Assembly: GCF_036588685.1 (NCBI RefSeq)
Contig: NC_086382.1
Coordinates: 48,236,001 to 48,300,000, forward strand
Source of the DNA: Mytilus trossulus
Taxonomy: Eukaryota
DNA: 64,000 nucleotides
Direction of reading: 5' to 3'
Under the pieces are notes generated by a model that saw only the letters and a list, made by a program, of their open reading frames with translations, was not told where the DNA came from and made no database searches. The translations under genes and the position numbers were made by a program. Below, one piece after another: positions 52,851 through 64,000 of the stretch (position 1 is its first letter; each line of letters opens with the position of its first letter).

Positions 52851-53672
52851 CATATAGTCGGAACCACTGCTTGTTGATCCGTTGTCATTTATATGTTCAT
52901 CTACATTTCTTCCCATTCTGTTGCCATGTAACATTTCTTCTAAACTTTCTATATAATCGATGGCGTTTCGTAAGATCTCTACTTTCGGAAGTCTTTGATT
53001 CGGATTTGGACATGTTCGTCGTTTTAATGTTTCAAAAGCTTCATTCACTTTACGCAATCTCCGCCTTTCTCTCATTGTAGCTGCTTTTCGACGATCAATT
53101 GTTACTGTCTTGCGTTTACAAGCTTTGCAGGCCCACAAAAGACATCTCCTGTTTGGTCCATGAAATCCTGGTGCTAAAACATGCTGAACAGGGTCTTCTC
53201 CATCTTCAGAAGTATTTAAATCCATATCATCATCTCCACATAACGACGAAGAATTTGAATTTTCATTCACAATGTTATGATTTTTATCTAGTTCACTTTC
53301 ATTTCTTTCTTCCTTAATCATCATTTTTGGGTCGGATTCCTGTCTTTTTTGTTCCGTTTGTTTTTCTTTTGCAGACGACAGACAGCGCGTGCGATTAACG
53401 TGCGAGTTAAAGTAGTTCCTTGAAGTGTTGTTGGCAGTGTTTTGATATGGAGAATAATGATCGGTGTAGGGACGCTCAAATGGACGATTGTGATATGATA
53501 AGGAAGCGGAATTGTAGAATTCATGAGTTGAACTACCATGGGAATAAGATAAATCAGTTAAATGTCTAGATTCCGATAAATTAGTGTTACTACCAGCAGA
53601 CGAGCTTCCAAAGGAGGCAAAATTATTAGGTTCATATCGGCAGCTTCTGTATTCTGCCGTCATCATCATCAT
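52851..53672 (-). CDS. MyoD: MyoD-family myogenic regulatory factor (bHLH; SUM-1/nautilus-like), coding exon 1
   Basis: Translation contains the His/Cys motif [26 protein letters not shown], the basic region [14 protein letters not shown] with the myogenic Ala-Thr, and the [44 protein letters not shown]. The first true ATG is at 53672 (ATG x4). The exon ends ...SDYM| before a GTAGGT donor at 52850 (phase 0). Confidence 0.97.
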
Positions 53673-54029
53673 GAAATGTTTTCTTTTTTCGAAATTAATA
53701 TGAAAATGTTTATTCAATGTGATAAAATCAAACTTTACCTAAGAATCAAACGGTAGTTTTTTTTCTACTTAAACTCGTAGCATTCCATTTTAAATCATTT
53801 CGAAGCACGATGACCTCCCGTAGTTACGATGAATGCCTTCACTTTATATCACAAAAAGATAACGACAAAACAAACTTAGAAATTAACTTGTACAAATGTC
53901 AACAAATTCTGTTTTAAAAAGATCAAAATCTTCAAATCTGTACGGCGCACTTGGCAAAACTTTCGCTGTAATTGATTAAAAGTGGATTTTTTTCAAAAGT
54001 ACTGCGTGTCAGCTCTTGGCACTCCACTT

Positions 54030-54230
54030 TACAATTCTGATTGTCCTATAGAGAAGTTTGATAGTGATTTGCCATATTAATAAGTATTGCAACATGTTAT
54101 ATATGATTGCTATGTTTTCATGAGCTGTTGACAAGAGAAACCTCCCCTCTCATTAGGATGTTAGTCGACCAATCATGTTTCAATATTAGCCAGATGATGA
54201 GAATTTCAAAGACACCCACCCCAATATTGG
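54030..54230 (-). promoter_or_regulatory. Putative MyoD proximal promoter with CArG, CACCC, CCAAT and E-box motifs
   Basis: Perfect CArG CCAATATTGG at 54221-54230; CACCCACCC at 54213-54221; E-box CAGATG at 54191-54196; CCAATCA at 54169-54175; TATA-like TATTAATA near 54075-54082. All lie 360-560 bp upstream of the ATG. Confidence 0.5.
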
Positions 54231-55897
54231 CTTCTAATACTTTCTCACATAAAATGAATTATGAGAAACTTTTAAGGTTAAAGTTGCAGGGTCACCGACT
54301 GCAGTCAAGTGAAAACACATGTGTTCCCGCCAAATTGAGATCTGAAATGCATTCGGAACTAAATGTAATACACTCGTTTGAAAAGTCTTTTGCAAAAAGT
54401 AAAAACTTTGGTGATGCAACTTTAATTAGAAAAAATGTAAAATTGTAAATGAAATATGTCATGCTTTATTAAGTGTCCGCGAGCGTAAAATTAACTCTCA
54501 GTATTACATTAACCAAAGATATATTATATATGTTTTGTAAAAGATGAAAGACATTAAACGAAGCAGAAGAGGCGACTCAATGATGGAAGCCTAATGATAA
54601 AGACAGTTTTCTAAATTATACGCACATGCTAATATGAGAGGGAATCTCCCAGTTTCGAGTGGACCCCTTCAAACTAATGATATTGGCAACTTAACCTAAA
54701 TCGTCCCATAATTCATTGCTATAGACAACTTATTTTGTCCAAGATTCATTCATGTATTGTATAATTCTTCAATTATTAATTCCAGAATTCCTCTCTTGTT
54801 TCATAATTACGAAAGGTCGTCTTATTTTTCATCTATTATCTTTGATCTTTGCTAAATGATATTGCCCATCTTTGATATATGAACACGTTAATCATAATTT
54901 GTATATAATACATAGATAATAGAATATTTTATAACGCAGAATATTTCTAGAAAAAGTCTTTGAATATACCTTGTGTTTGAACAGTAAGCCTTGTGATAAA
55001 GTTATCAGTAAAAGATAAGAATGATTTATTAGAAGGAGTCAAACTTTTGACTTTGAGGAATCAAGGAAAAGTTACCAATATTTTCTTTACGGTTTGTTTA
55101 TTTAGATATGACAAAGCAGGCAGCTCTACTAAAAAAATCTTGATATTCAATTTTATTCTGAAAAGTAATTACCTTCACTATAAACTGCTGTTGTAATAAC
55201 AAATGCAAACTGCAAGTTAAGCACATTTTTGTTGTTTTGGCGTATTGCAAATGCAATTTTACAGTGATGCAATATACTAACTTTCCTTTAAATATTTCAC
55301 ATTGTTAATACCATGATACTTTACACGACATTGTATATCATTGATGAAACATTTGTTCTATTTACAGATGAACATTTCACGTTAACTTCATCTGTAAAGT
55401 TTATACATGCAGCTTGTATGATTTCATGCAATGACAAAATAAGACACAGTTGATTACGGTCAATAGTTAATTAGTGTCATTTAAACTGTGACCAATTAAA
55501 TTGATAAGATAAAACTATCTGACCATACGGTTTTTATATATTCTTAAATCCCGAAGAGCAAATGAGTTATCATATCGTAACAAGTCTCGTGAGACCAGCT
55601 TGAGCCTGATTCTCTTGAGACAGGTTCTGCAGCTAAATGAAATTAACACTTTCTATGTCAGATCAGTCATGAGCACTTTTTCGGATTTACCTTTGAATCC
55701 TGCCCTGACAACTACAAGTTTGAAATCAAAGGATTTAAACATATGTGACGAGCTAAATAAGTGAATATGACTAAATATATGTGAGAATGCTGGTAGCAAC
55801 GTTTGTTTATTCGATGTTAATTTGACATTTTGTATCGCTGTTGTGCGAGTTTTGATCGATTTACTCGGAGCTCACCAAATCTAAGGAAAATGTTTGG

Positions 55898-56026
55898 ATA
55901 CATTTATTGTTATGTATTATTTGATTGGTTCATGTTTATACATTTATTGTTATGTATTATTTGATTGGTTCATGTTTATACATTTATTGTTATGTATTAT
56001 TTGATTGGTTCATGTTTATACATTTA
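55898..56026. repeat. Perfect 40-bp tandem repeat x3.2
   Basis: ATACATTTATTGTTATGTATTATTTGATTGGTTCATGTTT repeated without mismatch. Confidence 0.97.
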
Positions 56027-56862
56027 GAATATTCATTCCCAAAACTTGCAGCAGAAATGTTATATTGTAACATTTGAGTTCATCAAACTTTCCATCAAGC
56101 TACTTGTTATTTTTTCGAATGTCGGAGCCCAGCTTGACAGTCTCCCGAATGACAAAAACATGAACAGAAAAAACACCGTACAGTTCCGTTCCCACACTGT
56201 TGAACATGACTGTATAAATATCGTTTAGACTTTTCAGATAAAAATGATATTTTAAGACATATAATATACAATGTATTATATGTCTCTGTATCTACCAATG
56301 ATACAAAAAAATGTTGCGGAGGTGATCCGTCGTATGATGATATCGTGATGGGATTGTGTTGGGCTACATACACACGATATATACAGAACACTTGAAAAAT
56401 CTTTTATGGTTCTAAAAGGTTGGTCTGTCGTTTATGGCAAAATGTCTGTCCTATCTGTATAACTACCAATTCCTACTGCGTTAAGCAATCAAATCACTAA
56501 TTATCAGACTATTCCTTTTCGTTGTTTGAATAAAAGTCCGAGAAACTTTAAAAAAAAAAAATAGGGTCCAGTATCACTACAGTACTCTTAGACTATTTTA
56601 TAGATATATGGACACTAATGTATATTGTTTAATTTAGCCTTACCTGCATTTGAAGAAAAAAAATGCAAGTATTTGAAAATATGGGAAGCAGTATTTTTAA
56701 ATTTTCGTAAACTTGTCCCGATTGTATTACCTCAGACTTCAGATATATTTATAATAAAAGGAATATGCATAGAAAGGAGATTTTCAAAAAGGACATACCT
56801 AAGTCATCCTATATATATATAGTATCTTCAATGCTGTTTCTCAATTGCTTATTCCACATCTC

Positions 56863-59800
56863 TTTTTATGCCCCACCTACACTGTAAATAAAAGTGTTAA
56901 GAATCTGAACACTTTTTGAACGCCCTTTTGTAACACTTCTGGAACGCGTAACGGTGTTCTCAATATTAACATTGGTGTTCCAGTTTTTAACATTATGTGT
57001 GCATCTTTCGAACGCTATGTGTGTTATTTTTGAACGGATAGTGTGTACTCCTTGAACACCTAGTGTTTGAATCTGGAACGCGTAACAGTGTTCTAGATAT
57101 TAACTTTCGTGTTCCAGTTTTTAACATCATGTGTGCATCTTTCGAACGCTATGTGTTATTCTTGAACGGATAGCGTGTACTTCTTGAACGCCTAGTGTTT
57201 GAATCTGGAACATGTCCTTGTGAGCAAAATTGTATGCCGTTACGCGTTCTAAGCCTTGTAACACTTCTGGAACGCTCGGACTGTGTTCCAGAAATATATG
57301 TTAATATCCAGAACACATAGTGTATATTACTGGAACACAATTTTACATGTTCCAGAAAAAGTGTTATATTCTCTGAAACATTATTGTGGTTTTGTAAAAC
57401 AAATATTTTAATTGATTAAAAACGTCTTTAATTGATTAAAAAAGGCAACATTTAAAAAAAAAAAGTACAATAAAATGTGAAATATTGAAGCAACTTTAAA
57501 ATGACAAGTTAGACAAGTTTTTGTAACATTTGTAATTTGCAAAATGTGTCCAAATATTTACTCATAAACAAAATGTTCGTCATATATTTAAAATTATTAT
57601 GTTACAACAAAGTCAAGTGTCTTATGTTTAACTCATCGTTTGCAACTTCCTAAGTCAAGAACTGTTCTGAATTTCTTTACAAAATACTGATGCCACTGAC
57701 TCTTTTATCACCAAAATGTTCCATAATCCACTGGCTGCATAGCACTCAGATAGTCAATATCAAACATAAAATACCCTGTGTATATGATGCTAGTAGTCGA
57801 GTCGGTGTTCATGAAACACTGCTTCCTTGGACACTTTTAAACATGATTTGAGTCGTTTACAACTGATTTTGAGCTTCCATATTTTAGAGGATTCGTCTCC
57901 TTGGGTTATAATTATTCTTTAACCTTGTTATCCATCAACCGTAAGTTCTAAAATGTGAAATATGAAGTGTATGAGTAAAAAAATTATTCATCATGTCGAC
58001 ATTCCTTAAGAATATTAGAAAATCTTATTTCGTTTTTGTAATTCCATTATACTTGTCAGCATTATAAGATAAGATGCATTTGCCAATGAGTGGTAATTGA
58101 GTGGTCAAATGTGCTCTCGTGTTCTATATCTTTTTTTAAAAAATGATAGAAAGTGTCCAGCAAGTGCTATTATGTTTTTTAGGCAACACTTTATCGTCAA
58201 CTTAGACTTGTGACTAAATTAACTGCTAACATTTCAAGAAACTAATTACCATTTGCCTTTATTTTGAAAGATATTTAGTAATTTTTTCACTTATGATCTG
58301 TATACGGATAATTGACGGATGATGTAATTGCATCAAATTTAGCTCAAATAGCTTTCTGATTAATGTAAACAAGTGAATGGTGCACATTTTATTGATAAAT
58401 CTGCAATAACAACACTTGTAACAAGTCAATGGACATGCACTCCTATTCAAATTCTTAAACTTACTTATAGTACTTTTATGGTGCAGGATAAGTAGTCATC
58501 TCTTGAACTGCAACATGTTCTCTTTATTCTCGAGGTATGCACGAACAATTACCCTTAAGTACAGTATAGTTGGGTTTGTACCCTATAAAAGTAACATAGG
58601 AATACATTACAATACATGAATGCAGTGCACAAGGGTGGACATTTGCTAAAATGAATTACTAATTACAAAGCTATTATAAATAACATATACATGAGAAATT
58701 TAAAATTAGTGTTGCAGTATGCCTTTTTTTACAAACTTCTGTCTTGACATTGCAATGTCATGACAGTTTTTGCATTTGTGAACAAATCTTTATGCATTGG
58801 TTTTATTTAATTAAAAAATGTACATCCTCAAAAGTGCAGATGATCGTTTGATCTTCTTAATGCTTTCTATACACCATGTTTGAGTCGTGTTAGGAATACA
58901 TGGCGTTCGGAGAAAACGATTAGCTTGAACGCATCATGTTCGAGACCAGAACACATTTACAATAGCAACGATATCATCATTTACGTATAAATTTACAGAG
59001 GTTATTTTTTTTTTTAAACATGATAATTTGAATGTAATCTCTCAAAGAACCGCTACTTTTTTAATCGAATTATGACAGCACAGTTAAGTGGAAGTGGAGG
59101 GGGCAGTTTTATGTTCGAACAAAACGTTCTTCCATTTATACTTCAGTGTGTCCTGTCCAAGTAGACATTTGTTGATTTCATGACTAAAAAAAATATTTTT
59201 TATGTTCGTCATGTGTAGATAAATATAGATAAACATACCTATTATATCAAGTTTTGTTGTTAATTTTCTTCAGTGAAGCTTCTTCAATCACGATCAAAAA
59301 CCAAACTTCCGGTACATTAATACGTCACGCGCTATTATGTACGCGGATATGTTTGGAACACATGGCGTTCAGGGAAAATGGTAAATTTGAACGCATCATG
59401 TTCGACACCAGAACGCTTTTACAAGAGCAACGTTTTCATGAGCATTTACGCATTTACATTGTTAAAAAAATTACCGTAAGAACTTAAGTCGTTTAGAAAA
59501 AGATTCATATTAAAAATCAATCATTTGCACGCTTATAAATACGCTCTTGTAAAATGTTTCATTTTTTTTTACCAAACTATAATTTGCTTATATGCCGATA
59601 CAGCTAAAATACATTTATCGTCAAATCATAGTACGAATCACCCTTATTCATCGTCTGTTTGACTCTGAAATGATGAAATATTTTTTCACTCCCCATTACA
59701 ATATAAGAACATTTTTAGTGTTCAATTTAGAACACTTGTCTTGAATATGTGCGTTAAAAGACTGAACACAATGTGTTATATTCTTTAACGCAGACGTTCA

Positions 59801-60240
59801 ATGTGGAACACTAATGTTAATAACGTAACATATTGTGTTTAAAATTGGAACGCGTCTAGACGCGTCAGGCGTCTGCAATATTTGCAGTGTACGATAGTAT
59901 AGGGGCATTATGTTTTCTGGTCTGTGCGTCCGTTCGTCCGTCTGTCCGTTCGTTCGTTCGTCCGTCTGTCCGTTCGTTCGTTCGTCCGTCCGTCTGTCTG
60001 TCCATCCGTTCGTTCGTCCGTCCGTTCGTCCGTCCCGCTTCAGGTTAAAGTTTTTGGTCAAGGTAGTTTTTGATGAAGCTGATGTCCAATCAACTTGAAA
60101 CTTAGTACACAAGTTCCTTTTGCTAAGATCTTTCTAATTTAAATGCCACATTAAGACTTTTTACCCAATTTCACGATCCATTGAACATGGAAATTTATAG
60201 TGCGAGTGGGGCATCCGTGTACTTTGGACACATTCTTGTT
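56863..60240 (+). mobile_element. HINE/DINE-1-like (Helentron-associated) element, split into 56863-56879 and 59890-60240
   Basis: Joined sequence TTTTATGCCCCACCTACGATAGTATAGGGGCATTATG, (GTCC/GTTC)n microsatellite at 59925-60035, 3' subterminal GTGGGGCAT at 60205 plus a short GTGT..ACAC hairpin, T-rich flanks. Confidence 0.82.
56880..59889. mobile_element. CACT-ended (EnSpm/CACTA-like) element, 3010 bp, decayed
   Basis: CACTGTAAATA...TATTTGCAGTG with TA duplication. GAACAC/GTGTTC-rich ends, a 135-bp internal tandem at about 56936-57210, and a duplicated block at 58885 and 59350. Confidence 0.85.
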
Positions 60241-63200
60241 ATTTATATTTAACAACATACAAGTGTCTTTGACCTATATACTATGCATGCATTTAAGTGC
60301 CCAAAGTAAGGTCAATTTGTTTTAAATTTTCACGGAGACTAAAACACATGGGAATGTAAGTTAGAATAATTTAAAGCTTTCACTGTTATTATTCCTAATT
60401 ATTAAATGGGCACTCTGAATTCAAGAGCTTTCGTGTATTAAATCTTAAAGTATAACCCAAAGGAACATTTGCTTAAGTTGTACTTAAGTATTTGGCAATG
60501 TTATGATATTTGAACATTTTGAGTACCTATTATCTTAAAATCCATTGTAGCAGATAGAAATTGTTAACAGAAATTATCATAAAGGCAAAATATACAAGTA
60601 AATTTCATGCCCGAAATTGTCATGATTTATTGCCTCGATGGCTATTTTTTTTCAACCATATTTTTTTGCATTTTTGTTTCATAGACGTCACCTAGGAAAA
60701 TCTTAAATTATACTTTTTGTGCAATTTGAGCATTAATTTATTGTCTATATAATCTTGACAACTACATGTATATTGTGTATTTTATTTGCCTGGTGTCAAG
60801 TGGCATATACTTTATGCATATTCAAGACAAGCTATAATTGTTGGACACATACTGAAAATTGCAATAATACAAGATCTCGTAAAGATACTATGTTGACCCC
60901 TTGATTCTTATGACCATTTGTACCCAACCAAGGACGTAATTATGCCACATTTAAATTTTAAATTGAAATTTAGAATCCGTGTCCACGCTCCGCTTACGCT
61001 TATAAATAACTGCCAACTTTGTTTATACTATCTGTATTGAAAACCCTGCATTTTATTTTTAAATATGTAAGGCAAGCCATATGAACAACTAAGTCAGAAG
61101 ACTGTTGTTCAGTGGTTGTCTTACATGAAGGTCAGAATTTGTTTTTCGTAAATGGTTTTGGTAGGCTGTTAGGTTCTCGATTGAATTGTTTCATATTTTT
61201 TATACATTGTATGTCGGAGCTTTTATAGCCGACCATTGTTGAAAACCGTACGGTTGCTTATAATTGTCTATATATACGATATGCATTTGAACTTGGGTAG
61301 ATAGTTGTCTCATTGGAAATACACTATACCGCATCTCCCTATTTTTAAAATGCAGTTTAGAGTCTCAATTTTGTTTTCTCTGAAGTACATGTACATTATC
61401 GGGTTCTGTTGTTTCAAATATTTATCCCTTCTATTGCTCTATTTAAAGTATTAGTTTGAAGGCAGTGAAGACAAATTTATTACTTTAAATTTACTATACT
61501 TCTATAAGTGAACTATAATTAAAATGCCCTTGTGTAGTCAATTTTAGTTTTAAATATACTACACTTATATACAAAAGCATTTATTTACAATTGATAAACT
61601 ATACAATTTGTTGATTTCAATAGAAAAAAATATTGTTAATGTGCATGAGTGTGAGGTTAAAGAATATGTGTAAGAATTGATATATTTTACAAATAATTGC
61701 ACTTCCACATGAAGTTTCTGTATAGATTTTAGTAAAATAAAATATGAGCATATTTCATTACCCTTATAAAAATATCAATCTCGTATAACATCTTTGTTAA
61801 AAATACTTTGTGGCTTGAAAACGTTTTACGTATGTGGGGCTGTAATTTGAAAACCTATATCAAACATGCAGGGTAAACTTATATCATAGTTGATATCCGA
61901 CATTTTCATTAAAAACCAAAATATTTTTACGTTTATAAAAAAAAATATGCGGGCGGGTATGTCGACCAAGGAACTAATTTGATGTGGCCTTATATTAATC
62001 ATGTTTTGCTAGGAATGAAAAAATGGTACCGTATTTGAAATAGCAGTGGACGAAACTGTAGCTCGGTATTCCCATGAATTAATAAAGTAAAGAATTAAAC
62101 CTATCTATGACATAATCTACTTTTTTTCTGTGTTAATATACTTTTAATGTACAACTGTTTACTCTTGAGAGTGAACCATTCTTTCTAAAATTATCAAACG
62201 AGAAAAAAATTGTACTTCAGGATATCATTGGTCAACATTTTTGTATAGACGGCATACCGTCATATAATGTATGTTAGTTTGCTTCGTCAAAATGGTCATT
62301 GCAGAGTGACCTTCAAAGGACCATTTAAATCACACATTATTCTCTTGTCGTTTGAACCGAACTCAAAAACTCGTTTTTTATATAATAGACCTGTAAGACC
62401 GTTGGTTTTCCCGTTTGAATGGTTTCACAGTAGCAATTATTTGGGCCCTTTATACATTGTAGCTTGCTGTTCGGTGTGAGCCTAGGCTCCGTGTTGAAGA
62501 CCGTACCTTGACCTATAATAGTTTACTTTTATAATTGTTACTCGGATGAAGAGTTGTCTCATTGGCACTCATACATCATCTTCCTATATCTACTTACGAT
62601 TTCGATCAAGTCTATAGACAATTGCAAGTATGACAATGTAGAAAAGCAACCAAATTGCGTATTATGGCTTGTATACGTGCTAGTTTTATACTCATTTAAA
62701 ATCGACTGAAACAATATGTGACACAGATCACTAGTATCGAACACAGGCGCACAGGACAAGCTATTCAGAAATGAGAATGTGACTTATTATGAAAGAAGGT
62801 GGTGAGTTTGTATAATTTTATTCCTGGATACCTCCAAAGATATGTTTCAAGTTCAAGTTCTTGTAAAGTGTGGTAACTTGCAAAGAGTGATTATATATAC
62901 TAGTATATCATTTCTGAAAGCAGCAAGGTAGATAAAAAACAATAGACAACTTTCGAGTTCGATGCATTTCCGTCAAAAACTCTGGTTTTAGTGAACATCA
63001 TTTGTGCGCTTAGGGGCGTCGTCACATCTATCCAATGTTGAGCGAGTGGTTGGAAAACTATAATTCTATATTGTACAGATTATTCGGCAAATTGAATTCT
63101 CAAAATAGAAAATCAGCATTGCTGTCATTAGGGAATTGTCATTTTAAAAGTGCTTACAGAACAACCCTTATTTCTAGTTTATCCTGCACAATGACGATCA

Positions 63201-64000
63201 CTAAGACGCTTGATGAACGTAAATATATAGTGCAGTGATACAGGCGACCCCGCTATCTGGTAAATGACGTCATAAAGCGCGTATAATTGACGAGTTTTTT
63301 TCCGGTGACGGATGAACTCGAAAGTGATCTATTGTTCAACAAATGCAACATTGCAAAAACAGTTCTCCCATGTCAACTTCACTTGAGCAAAATGAAAATA
63401 AAACGTTATTAATTTGGTGAGTCCTGAGCGCTTTTTGGATCAACTTTAATCAGAAACGATAATTACAACAAAACTATTTAAGCCTACTCTACAAGGAAGC
63501 TGAAACTATTTTTATAGTTTATGATAGCATTCAATTCTTCTCAATAAGTTACCTTAATTCAATAGACAGTACAGTAAGAGAATTGTCAAATTTAATCAAT
63601 TATATCTTTATGATACAGGTGAGATAAGAATTAAGGTTTAGACAGCGTTTTCAAGTACTTACCGATAGGCAATTATGAAAGCTATTTGACATGCTAATTT
63701 TACCATTGAATGAAAACCTCTATGAAGACGTCAAGAAAAGATATACAATGCTCATGATGATTAGGGTATTTAACGCATCAGTTGTATGAAAATAAGCATT
63801 GAAAAGATATTTTTCGAAGTTCAGTGAAATCACTGCACGCTTTTATGACAACAGAGTACAGTTTCATATAGCATGAAAGTGACAACATCTTTTATATAAT
63901 AGGCTCAGGGTGCAGTTTTATTTATTGAAAACCAACATATTTTCACACGTAACAATCTAATTAGATCTTAGTAAGATATAAATCTCCTTGGTCGCTAGAA

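Noticed and set aside
52832-53539. Short alternative-frame and antisense ORFs over MyoD exon 1
   Set aside because: Shadows of the real CDS with no recognisable motifs.
53673-53717. N-terminal extension [15 protein letters not shown] and the C-terminal VGR* of the 292-aa ORF
   Set aside because: The extension starts at TTG, an artefact of the ORF caller, and VGR* is read-through into intron 1.
54107-54448. 113-aa ORF divergent from MyoD
   Set aside because: TTG start, no domain, overlaps the putative promoter.
59798-60112. 104-aa and 62-aa ORFs (DGRTDGRT / VRPSVRPS)
   Set aside because: Translation of the HINE microsatellite.
62980-63570. Possible Crypton-like or other repeat remnant (also 61890-61992)
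   Set aside because: Slightly GC-richer and repeat-like, but no paired ends or second copy in the window.

Overview
AT-rich animal genomic DNA (roughly 30% GC by eye). The repeat content suggests a bivalve mollusc, probably Mytilus-like (inference). It holds one intact host gene: a MyoD-family myogenic bHLH gene on the minus strand. I assembled it from three coding exons (53672-52851, 42554-42476, 39771-39629; 347 aa) with phase-compatible GT-AG introns of 10,296 and 2,704 bp. The ORF track misses the 79-nt middle exon. The rest is non-coding DNA dense in transposon relics: Penelope-like RT fragments and termini, two point-mutated minimal hammerhead ribozyme motifs, a decayed Ngaro/DIRS retroelement, and SINE pieces with target-site duplications (TSDs). 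Non-autonomous DNA transposons with readable ends include Kolobok-like, CACTA-like, Harbinger, Spy-like, HINE/Helentron-like and an unclassified satellite-carrying element. The most notable items are a 1.67-kb element in MyoD intron 1 with CACTGTG/CACAGTG (RSS-heptamer-like) ends, a 5-bp TSD and an unrecognised coding remnant; a 2.6-kb head-to-head Harbinger palindrome that shows both the filled and the empty AAA|TTT site of a Spy-like insertion; and a perfect CArG box upstream of MyoD. I cannot demonstrate a wholly new biological system; these are leads that need database searches.
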